Shown: in pieces, positions 40,368 through 48,185 of the stretch | How the letters are laid out: every line of letters begins with the position of its first letter | How positions within the stretch are numbered: the first letter of the stretch is position 1 | Source: Peptococcaceae bacterium UBA5356 | Lineage (GTDB): Bacteria; Bacillota; Peptococcia; DRI-13; DTU073 | Reading direction: 5' to 3' | Length of the DNA stretch: 56,217 bases | NCBI GenBank assembly: GCA_002407935.1 | Contig: DHPU01000002.1 | Coordinates: forward strand, 40,937 to 97,153 | Translations under genes and position numbers: made by a program | The notes under the pieces: model-generated | Databases searched by the model: none | Told to the model about the DNA's origin: nothing | What the model saw: the letters and a program-made list of their open reading frames with translations, nothing else

Positions 40368-40985
40368 TTATATTTTGCGAATAAGCCCGATCACTTTCCC
40401 TAGAATATAAAAATCCTCAGTTTCTCTAATAATAATCGGCTCATAACTTTTATTTTCAGGTAAAAGCCTGACATAATTATCACCTTTAAAAAATCTCTTC
40501 ACAGTGGATTCATCATTAATGAGGGCAACTACAATATCTCCGTTATAAGCGTTATTTTGTTTTCTAACAATAACCATATCTCCATCTAGAATGCCACAGT
40601 TAATCATACTGTCACCCATTACATTTAACATAAAAACGTCTTCGGATCTGGTAAATTCAAAAGGGAGGGGGAAGGTATCTTCAATATTTTCTACGGCCAA
40701 AATAGGAACTCCTGCAGTAACTCTTCCCACAACAGGTACATTAATCATATCTTTAGTAATTCGCTGGTTATTGTCTAGAACTTCAATAGCTCTTGGTTTA
40801 GTAGGATCTCTTCTAATATATCCTTTTTTCTCTAATTGATTCAAATGATTGTGTACGGTAGAACTAGATCTAAGTCCTACGGCTTTACCAATCTCCCTTA
40901 CCGCCGGAGGATATCCTTTACTCTTTATTTCCTGTTTAATAAAGGCAAGAATACTTTTTTGTCTTTCCGTTAAATTATCACTCAT
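40368..40985 (-). CDS. lexA: SOS repressor LexA
   Basis: [16 protein letters not shown] cleavage site, GDSM, STVKRF. Confidence 0.98.
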   Translation of the reverse strand: MSDNLTERQKSILAFIKQEIKSKGYPPAVREIGKAVGLRSSSTVHNHLNQLEKKGYIRRDPTKPRAIEVLDNNQRITKDMINVPVVGRVTAGVPILAVENIEDTFPLPFEFTRSEDVFMLNVMGDSMINCGILDGDMVIVRKQNNAYNGDIVVALINDESTVKRFFKGDNYVRLLPENKSYEPIIIRETEDFYILGKVIGLIRKI

Positions 40986-41051
40986 AATAAAAACCCCCTC
41001 CGAATAAAATAATCTTCTTTAGAAAATTGTACCATAATGTTTAAAGATTTG

Positions 41052-41154
41052 CAAACGCTCGTTCGTTTTCAATTAACGAATATTTAAATTTAGACAAAAA
41101 AGCATTGACATCAAACAAACGTTCTGATATTCTCTATATTAGAACAAGCGTTTG
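41052..41154. promoter_or_regulatory. Three LexA boxes and SigA promoter in the lexA/yneA divergon
   Basis: CAAACGCTCGTTCG 41052-65, CAAACAAACGTTCT 41112-25, AGAACAAGCGTTTG 41141-54; TTGACA 41105, 17 nt, TATTCT 41128. Confidence 0.85.
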
Positions 41155-41167
41155 GAGATGATGTTAG

Positions 41168-41455
41168 ATGAAGAATCATCGGGAAAAAAGAAAATTAATT
41201 ATTATCTTATTGTTTCTTGGTATCTTATTGTCTCAATTAGTTATACCACTTGTTACAAAAGCGAATTCACCTGATAATTATATTACGGTAATTGTCCAAG
41301 AGGGAGATTCACTTTGGTCAATTGCGAAACAATTCAACAATAACCATTTAGATATACGTAAGTACATTTATCTGATTCAGCAGCATAATGGAATGAAAAA
41401 CAGTATACTTCAACCGGGTGAGTTAATAAAAATACCCTTATATGAGGTTTATTAA
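41168..41455 (+). CDS. yneA: SOS cell-division inhibitor YneA-like (TM + LysM)
   Basis: TM segment then VQEGDSLWSIA..LQPGELIKIP; divergent from lexA with SOS boxes. Confidence 0.85.
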   Translation: MKNHREKRKLIIILLFLGILLSQLVIPLVTKANSPDNYITVIVQEGDSLWSIAKQFNNNHLDIRKYIYLIQQHNGMKNSILQPGELIKIPLYEVY

Positions 41456-41541
41456 ACTATAGACCTTCTATGAAAATCATCTATAATATAGTATAGCTAT
41501 AGAAATATAGCTATACAGATTACGGAAAAGGAGATTGCGGA

Positions 41542-41727
41542 ATGTCCAAACTATGTGAATTAGATGAAAAAAAAGTATGTGATAATTGTGGTAAATGTAA
41601 ATATTGCGATTTAGATCCGGAAAAAGTATGTGATAATTGTTGTAAGTGTCTTGATGGAACTGATTACCGAGCTATAAAGATCATCGGAGTTATTACTGAT
41701 GAAGAGAAAGCCAAAAAATATAAGTGA
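41542..41727 (+). CDS. Small Cys-rich protein with duplicated motif
   Basis: CELDEKKVCDNCGKC / CDLDPEKVCDNCCKC; SD AAGGAG; terminator follows. Confidence 0.82.
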   Translation: MSKLCELDEKKVCDNCGKCKYCDLDPEKVCDNCCKCLDGTDYRAIKIIGVITDEEKAKKYK

Positions 41728-41756
41728 GTCCCTCTAAAAAAGGCCTCACTTTTTTT
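41722..41756 (+). terminator. Intrinsic terminator
   Basis: AAGTGAG...CTCACTT then T-run. Confidence 0.6.
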
Positions 41757-41765
41757 GCATTTTTC

Positions 41766-41793
41766 ACTTCCGATAATGAGCATTATGTAAAGT
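41766..41793. other. Chromosome dimer resolution site dif (Xer)
   Basis: ACTTCCGATAA-TGAGCA-TTATGTAAAGT, 11-6-11 layout closely resembling Bacillus-type dif; intergenic, near gene-strand switch. Confidence 0.88.
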
Positions 41794-42062
41794 AGCGTTG
41801 ATTTTTTCAAGTTTTTTCAAATAGAGCTAATTTTACTCTGTTAAATTAGCTTGGGTAAGGTATAATCCCTTACCCAAACTAATTCTAATTGATTGTAGGC
41901 CATTTTAAGAAGCCGTTTTTTTAGTATAAAATATTACATAAAAATATTAAAGGTTATTATTAACAAAGTTTTTTACTGGTACTTGTCAGAAAAAAGAAGT
42001 ATTGTATTATATATATGGGAGTAAATCTTTTTTAATCTTTAAGTAAGGAGGTATTATTAAAA

Positions 42063-42959
42063 ATGCAAACGGGGCTGTTTATCTATAACCCTCTTTCGGG
42101 AGATCGACGTATTCCTCATCAGCTTGATTATATTATCCAAAAAGCACAAAAACATGAGATGTGTCTGACTCCGTACCGGATTGAAGATAATAATGAGCAA
42201 TTAGCGGCAGTTCTCCAAGCTAATAAATATGATTTTGTGATTCTTTCCGGTGGCGATGGGACTTTAAATACGACGGTAAACTTTTTGTTAAAGAATAAAT
42301 ATAGACTACCGATTGGGTTTATTCCTTCCGGAACGTGTAATGATTTTGCCAGAAGCTTGAATCTTCCTGCCAGTCTATCTGAATGTTTGGAGATTATTTT
42401 TGCAGGTCATACCATTGCTGTGGACATTGGAGTAATTAATGATAATAAGTATTTTTTGAATACCTGTGCCGGAGGACTTTTTGTTGATGTATCTTTTAAT
42501 ACTCATGATGAACTAAAAAGAAACTTTGGTCCCCTGGCCTATTATTTAAAGGCTCTTGGTGAAGTAGCTCATAAAAAATCTTTTCCGTTAAAAATAATCA
42601 CAGATAGCGATTGTTTTGAAGATAAGGCCCTCCTTTTCTGTATTCTTAACGGTACTGATGTAGGTGGATTCCCTAACTTACTTAAAGATGCGGATATTTC
42701 CGATGGCTTGATGGATATTATTATCATCAAAAATTGTGCTCATATTGATTTAGCTAATTTATTTTTTCGTGTTTTAAGCCGGGAACCAATTAATAACAAG
42801 TATGCTTTGCGTCTTACTACCAAAGAATGTACTATTATTGGTCCGGATAATGTGCAGTTAAGTGTAGATGGTGAAAAAGGTCCGATTTTGCCTATTAAGG
42901 TCAAGTTCCTTCATCAAGCTTTAAAAGTATTCGTGAGACAAAAGGAGTTTACTAAATGA
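42063..42959 (+). CDS. YegS/DAGK-family lipid kinase
   Basis: YNPLSG, SGGDGT, PSGTCNDFA, DGE; overlaps following LTA synthase gene. Confidence 0.92.
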   Translation: MQTGLFIYNPLSGDRRIPHQLDYIIQKAQKHEMCLTPYRIEDNNEQLAAVLQANKYDFVILSGGDGTLNTTVNFLLKNKYRLPIGFIPSGTCNDFARSLNLPASLSECLEIIFAGHTIAVDIGVINDNKYFLNTCAGGLFVDVSFNTHDELKRNFGPLAYYLKALGEVAHKKSFPLKIITDSDCFEDKALLFCILNGTDVGGFPNLLKDADISDGLMDIIIIKNCAHIDLANLFFRVLSREPINNKYALRLTTKECTIIGPDNVQLSVDGEKGPILPIKVKFLHQALKVFVRQKEFTK

Positions 42960-44812
42960 AGTATAAAGGGAAACATCTAAATATTGATTGGTTTTGGGTC
43001 GCTATCTTGTTGATTCTATTATTAAAATCCTTTATTTTATTGGGTTTTATTGCGGATGATAGTACGAAAATTAATATTTTACAGGGCTTTTATCTGTTGC
43101 CCCCCTCCTCTCTGCCTTATTATATTGCTTTTCTTAGTTTCTTTCTTTCTTTTGCGTTTTTGTTTAAACAGCGTGGGCGGATTTGTTTTTTATTGGTGCT
43201 AGATTTTTTAATTTCTTTGCTGATGTTAGCTGATTTATGGTATTACCGCGGTGGTTACTGTACATTTCTTAATCTTCATATCATACAAGAAACGGCGAAC
43301 TTAAATAACCTTTGGGAGTGCATTTTGTCATTTATTTATTTGCAGGATTTTGTTTTTTTATTGGACATCCCTCTCCTTATTTTGGGGCTTCGTGCCAAAC
43401 AGGATTCAACCGAGATAAAATCAGTTTATCTTAAAAAAGGAAGAAATTATTTAGCATTTACCCTGATTTTTCTTCTCTCCTTTGTTTATATCAGTTATGT
43501 TCCCTTAAAATATCATGTTCTGGGTAAATATGATCCACGCATGGATCTATTTATGATCTGCTGGTCGCCCAACCAGACGATTTCTAATCTGTCTCCTTTA
43601 GGTTATCACGTTTATGATGCCTTTAATTATTGGCAAGAATGTCAACCCCTTTTGCTTGATTCTGAAGAAAAAGCAACGATCCAAGACTGGTTTGCGGCTA
43701 AAAAAGAAAACCTTCCGGATAATGAATATAAAGGATTATTTGCCGGCAAAAATTTAATTTTCTTACAGGTAGAATCGCTTGAGCAATTTGTGATCGGTAA
43801 AAAAATCAATAATCAAGAAATTACCCCTACGCTGAATAAACTGCTGCAGGAAAGTCTGTATTTTTCCAACATTTATGAACATGTTTTTAACGGTACCAGT
43901 TCAGATAGTGATTTAATGGTTAATACCTCAGTTTATCCGGTGAGAAAAGGCAGTACTTTCTTTCGCTTTCCCAATACTACTTATAATTCTTTACCCAAAT
44001 TGTTGCAGAAAAAAGGCTATGAAACCTTAGCGATTCATCCTGACAAAGGGGCTTTTTGGAACTGGATGAAGTCTCTTTCCGTGATAGGTTTTGAGCGGTG
44101 TATTGATGAATCTTCATTTATAATGGATGAAGAAATTGGACTAGGTTTAAGCGATGGTTCCTATCTACGTCAGGTTGCTCCTTTGGTTCAAGCCTTATCA
44201 GAACCATTTTATACTTTTATGGTAACGTTGACTAATCACGGACCCTTTAATCTTCCCAAGCAATATCGAGAATTACAGCTTGACAGCGAATTGGACAAGA
44301 CTAAAATGGGTGGTTATTTCCAAAGCGTTCATTATACAGATAAACATATCGGCCTCTTTTTATCTAAATTAGAGGATGCCGGCTTAATGGATAATACCGT
44401 AGTGGTAATTTTTGGCGACCATGGCGGCATACACAAGTTCTATAACAATGAGGTAAAAACAATGAATCCATCGGAGGATTGGTGGCAGGAAGAATATAAT
44501 CGTATTCCAGTGCTTGTTTATAGTAAAGGATTAAAAGGCACGGAAATTAAGACTTTAGGCGGTCAAATAGATATCATGCCGACCATCGCTTATCTCATGG
44601 GTATCGAGGAGCAGAAAATTGAGAATACAGCCATGGGACGAAACTTATTAAAGACGGCTAAAGAATTTGTTGTGCTTTGTTACGGAGATTTGCTTGGTAC
44701 ATTGGAAGATGAGGAAGAAAAAAAGAAGGCCGTCATGGGCCTTATGGAAATTGGTGATAAAATTATCCGCAGTAATTATTTTAAACATCTAGTTTCATAT
44801 CCCCAAATTTAA
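42956..44812 (+). CDS. LTA synthase family (LtaS-like) protein
   Basis: Multi-TM N-terminus; NLIFLQVESL, TPTLN, GTSSD, TLTNHGPF, FGDH. Confidence 0.9.
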   Translation: MKYKGKHLNIDWFWVAILLILLLKSFILLGFIADDSTKINILQGFYLLPPSSLPYYIAFLSFFLSFAFLFKQRGRICFLLVLDFLISLLMLADLWYYRGGYCTFLNLHIIQETANLNNLWECILSFIYLQDFVFLLDIPLLILGLRAKQDSTEIKSVYLKKGRNYLAFTLIFLLSFVYISYVPLKYHVLGKYDPRMDLFMICWSPNQTISNLSPLGYHVYDAFNYWQECQPLLLDSEEKATIQDWFAAKKENLPDNEYKGLFAGKNLIFLQVESLEQFVIGKKINNQEITPTLNKLLQESLYFSNIYEHVFNGTSSDSDLMVNTSVYPVRKGSTFFRFPNTTYNSLPKLLQKKGYETLAIHPDKGAFWNWMKSLSVIGFERCIDESSFIMDEEIGLGLSDGSYLRQVAPLVQALSEPFYTFMVTLTNHGPFNLPKQYRELQLDSELDKTKMGGYFQSVHYTDKHIGLFLSKLEDAGLMDNTVVVIFGDHGGIHKFYNNEVKTMNPSEDWWQEEYNRIPVLVYSKGLKGTEIKTLGGQIDIMPTIAYLMGIEEQKIENTAMGRNLLKTAKEFVVLCYGDLLGTLEDEEEKKKAVMGLMEIGDKIIRSNYFKHLVSYPQI

Positions 44813-45803
44813 TCCAGCCTTTTTTTCGCATGAATTCTGAAATAAGTAAGGTTAGAATTGCCGGAAGGATAACGTGAAGCAAGGCCATTTCCATTAACAC
44901 ACCTGCACTTGCTCCCATTGCCTCAATCGTGCCAAATTGGCCTACCAGTCCGCTTGTTCCCATCCCTGCACCTGCCGGTACGTTTTCCATTTTAAAGACG
45001 GTTGTCGCCAGGGGTCCCAGAATAGCACTGCTGATTGTGGGAGGAATCCAAATCAAAGGATTTTTAACAATATTGGGTATTTGGAGCATGGATGTACCTA
45101 ACCCTTGTGATACTAATCCTCCCCAGCCATTTTCTCGATAGCTGGCTACGGCAAAACCGATCATTTGGGCGGAACACCCTACGGTAGCGGCACCGGCGGC
45201 TAAGCCCCCCAGTTTAAGCATAATGGCCAGAGCGGCACTGGAAATTGGTGCAGTTAAAGCTAATCCCATCAAAACGGAAACAAGGATACCCATCGGAATT
45301 GGTCTTAATTCTGTCGCTCTCATAATGAGATTTCCTAGGGCAACCATAAAAGAATTGATGCCAGGTCCTACAAATTTAGCGATCGCTATACCTATAAGAA
45401 TAGTTACAACAGGTGTGACGATTATATCTACTTTTGTTTCTTTAGAAACAAGCTTACCGAATTCAGCACCCACGACCGCAGCGACAAAACATCCTGCCGG
45501 TCCTCCTAAAGTAGCCCCGGCCATTCCGGTAATTGTTGACGCAAAAAGCACCAGCGGCGGAGCTTGCAAACCATAGGCCACAGCTACTCCAATGGCAGGA
45601 CCCATCATGGCCATCGCTTGCTTACCAAAGTCCACCAAGAAAGAAAGCCCCAGTTGTTCTCCCAGCACTTTAAGAATAAGACCGACAATTAATGAGGCGA
45701 AAAGTCCTAATGCCATTGCCCCTAAAGCATCAATGCCATAACGTTTTAAAGAAAACTCGATGTTTTTTCGTTTAAGAAAACCTGCCTTTTCAATTTTTAC
45801 CAT
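44781..45803 (-). CDS. PTS IIC-like (EIIC_2) membrane protein
   Basis: MALGLFASL, PISSAA, AATVGC, QGLGTSMLQ, AGMGTSGLVG. Confidence 0.82.
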   Translation of the reverse strand: MVKIEKAGFLKRKNIEFSLKRYGIDALGAMALGLFASLIVGLILKVLGEQLGLSFLVDFGKQAMAMMGPAIGVAVAYGLQAPPLVLFASTITGMAGATLGGPAGCFVAAVVGAEFGKLVSKETKVDIIVTPVVTILIGIAIAKFVGPGINSFMVALGNLIMRATELRPIPMGILVSVLMGLALTAPISSAALAIMLKLGGLAAGAATVGCSAQMIGFAVASYRENGWGGLVSQGLGTSMLQIPNIVKNPLIWIPPTISSAILGPLATTVFKMENVPAGAGMGTSGLVGQFGTIEAMGASAGVLMEMALLHVILPAILTLLISEFMRKKGWIKFGDMKLDV

Positions 45804-45966
45804 TGCTTGGTATCCTCCTTATCCCCCTAAAAAATAATCTTGCCATTTATATTATCATTTTCGCAGATTAACGACAAGAGATATTTTTCAATGAAACAAA
45901 TTTTCTAGCAATTTTCCAAGCAAATTTAAGTATGCTTTTAACAGAAGGGGTTTTTGTAAAAGCAAG

Positions 45967-46016
45967 AAAGAGACTGTTGCTGAATTAACCTTTGTTTGTG
46001 CAACAGTCTTTTTTTT
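45967..46016. repeat. REP-like hairpin, related to 40321-40367
   Basis: GACTGTTGC..ATTAA..TTGT-GCAACAGTC with A/T tails. Confidence 0.65.
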
Positions 46017-46046
46017 ATAGCAACTACCAAAAATGTTTGATAAAAG

Positions 46047-46400
46047 TTACTTTCCATTGTGGATGGTAAGACTCCAATTTAGATTATAATTATTATCCCA
46101 GTTATCAGCCCCATCATGGAAACAAAAATTAAGTCTTGAGTCGGAAGGAACAAACTCAGTAGTCCACCGATTATTTTCTTTTTTCATCTCTAAATCTTGG
46201 ACATTAGTCCATTCATTACTATTACCTGCACCGAGATGTACAAAAACGTTGTGAGCTCCGCTTTGAGCTAATAATCCATCATAGGTAATGGTAACGGATT
46301 CATCCATTGTTAAGGGCATGGGTGTAATACTTACTCCTTCTTCTACATATGCAGTTTGTTTTTTATTTATTCTTCGTTCAATCCCAGGTAGCCTAAACAT
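46047..46400 (-). CDS. Small stand-alone starch/glycogen-binding module protein
   Basis: ITYDGLL, VFVHLG...W, LNFCFHDG..WDNN..W pattern typical of CBM25/53-like modules. Confidence 0.75.
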   Translation of the reverse strand: MFRLPGIERRINKKQTAYVEEGVSITPMPLTMDESVTITYDGLLAQSGAHNVFVHLGAGNSNEWTNVQDLEMKKENNRWTTEFVPSDSRLNFCFHDGADNWDNNYNLNWSLTIHNGK

Positions 46401-46482
46401 AAAAGTGCCCCCTTTCTAGTTACTTCAATAATTATTATTGATATTTAAACACCGAATTATAATAGTAAATAATGTTATATTT

Positions 46483-47010
46483 TTAAAAATAATCTTTAAA
46501 GGTCGGGAGTTGTTTTAATCCGGCCTCCTCTATTTTAATTCTCCTTTTGAGGATGGCGAGATTTAAAATACTGAAAAAAAGTGCTGTCCAGAGAGCGCCG
46601 AAAGAAAGCGGTAATGTGATAAACTCCAAGACAACTACCAAGTAATTGGGATGTTTAAGATAGCGATAAGGTCCCCAGGTAACAGGTTTACTTTCCGGAA
46701 TAAGGATAATTCTTGTATTCCACATCTTCCCTAACGAAATTATTACCCAGATTCGTAAGACCTGTGCTAAGAGAAAAATTGTTAAAAAGGCAAAAACAGG
46801 TGGAAGCCGGTAATGCCCTCTTATTACTGTTTCCACAGCTAGACTAAGGAGAAAAGCCACATGCATGATTACGATTAAGGGATAGTGCTCCTGGCCGATT
46901 TCATAACCGCCTAATGCTTTGGCCTTAAGGGCATTTTTTCGCGCAAGGTTTAATTCGATTATCCTTTGGAAAATTACGAAGGTGAAGATGAGGCTAAACC
47001 AGGTTACCAT
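46483..47010 (-). CDS. ICMT-family methyltransferase (BpsB/SrsB-like)
   Basis: QRIIEL, HYPLIV.MH, LGKMWNTRI, GPYRYLKHPNY, RIKIEE; overlaps PKS stop. Confidence 0.9.
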   Translation of the reverse strand: MVTWFSLIFTFVIFQRIIELNLARKNALKAKALGGYEIGQEHYPLIVIMHVAFLLSLAVETVIRGHYRLPPVFAFLTIFLLAQVLRIWVIISLGKMWNTRIILIPESKPVTWGPYRYLKHPNYLVVVLEFITLPLSFGALWTALFFSILNLAILKRRIKIEEAGLKQLPTFKDYF

Positions 47011-48074
47011 TGTATTAATACCTGTTCAGAAGAAAATCCGGGACCAAGTGCCAGCATTAAACCATATTCGTCCTGCTCATGTTTTCTTTTTAACTCTTTG
47101 TCTAAAACATAAAGCACACTACAGGAAGACATATTACCATGGTTTTTTAATACTTCTTTAGCTAAATCCAAGGCGCCTACTTCTAAATTTAAAGCCTTTT
47201 CGTAAGCTTGCAGAACTTTTGTTCCGCCCGGATGAGTAATATAACGGGAAATATCCTCGGGAGTAAGTTTCCTTTTGTGGATAAAGCTTTCTACCTGCGG
47301 CTTCATATTTTTTATAATGAGTGCAGGGATATCTTTTGAGAAGATTACCATCAAACCTTGCTTTTGCACATTCCAGCCCATTACACCAAGGGTATCGGGC
47401 CAGGTAAAAGATTGAGAACACAAGATGCGGGGGATCCTTTCATAGGCGGAAACATTTAAAGGGTTAACCTGATCCCCGATAATTAAAGCGGCAGCAGCCC
47501 CATCCGCAAAGAGACTGGTGGCAATTAGATTGGCTTTAGAGTGGTCATTAAAAATAAAAGTAAGCCCACAAATCTCAATACAACAGACTAAGACTTTACT
47601 TTCCGGATTAGCCAAAGCCAAATCAAGTCCTCGTGCGATACCGGATACTCCGCCGGCACAGCCTAATCCCCAGATGGGGAGACGAATTAAGCCGGACTTC
47701 ATGCCTAAAAGATTATAGAGGTAGGCATCAATACTAGGAGTAGAGATGCCGGTTGAAGTAACACAAATAAAAGCATCAAGTTCAGCAGGCTTTAAATTTA
47801 CCTTGCGTAAACAGTCTGTGATAGCCTCAGCTCCTAAACAAAGCGCATTTTCTATAAACAGGTTATTTTTTTCTTCCCAACTATGCTCCTTTTCAAACCA
47901 TTCTTTAGGTGTACAAAAATATCTTTTATCAATCTCCGTTGATTCAAAAACTTTGAGTAATCGTTCCAGATCATGAAAAGAATCTTTAAAAAGTTTCCTG
48001 GCAAAATTTCGAGTCTCTTCCTGCTTTATTTCATAAGGTGGTAATGCTGTACCGATTGAAGCTATTAAAGGCAT
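47004..48074 (-). CDS. Type III polyketide synthase (BpsA/SrsA-like)
   Basis: Cys-His-Asn triad in GLGCAGG, HPGG, HGNMSS; FADGAAA; LGPGF; ATG 48074 after SD GGGAGG. Confidence 0.93.
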   Translation of the reverse strand: MPLIASIGTALPPYEIKQEETRNFARKLFKDSFHDLERLLKVFESTEIDKRYFCTPKEWFEKEHSWEEKNNLFIENALCLGAEAITDCLRKVNLKPAELDAFICVTSTGISTPSIDAYLYNLLGMKSGLIRLPIWGLGCAGGVSGIARGLDLALANPESKVLVCCIEICGLTFIFNDHSKANLIATSLFADGAAAALIIGDQVNPLNVSAYERIPRILCSQSFTWPDTLGVMGWNVQKQGLMVIFSKDIPALIIKNMKPQVESFIHKRKLTPEDISRYITHPGGTKVLQAYEKALNLEVGALDLAKEVLKNHGNMSSCSVLYVLDKELKRKHEQDEYGLMLALGPGFSSEQVLIQW

Positions 48075-48185
48075 AAGGATGTCCTCCCGGTTCAATAATT
48101 TTCCATACTTTAATCTTATATAAATCATATTTAAATTTATTCATCCTGCCGGAAAATTATTAACCGAGATTATTCTTGCTTATCC

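Noticed and set aside
41930-41980. PhoP/WalR-type direct repeats upstream of dagK-ltaS
   Set aside because: TTAACA-like hexamers are not in clean 11-bp register in very AT-rich DNA
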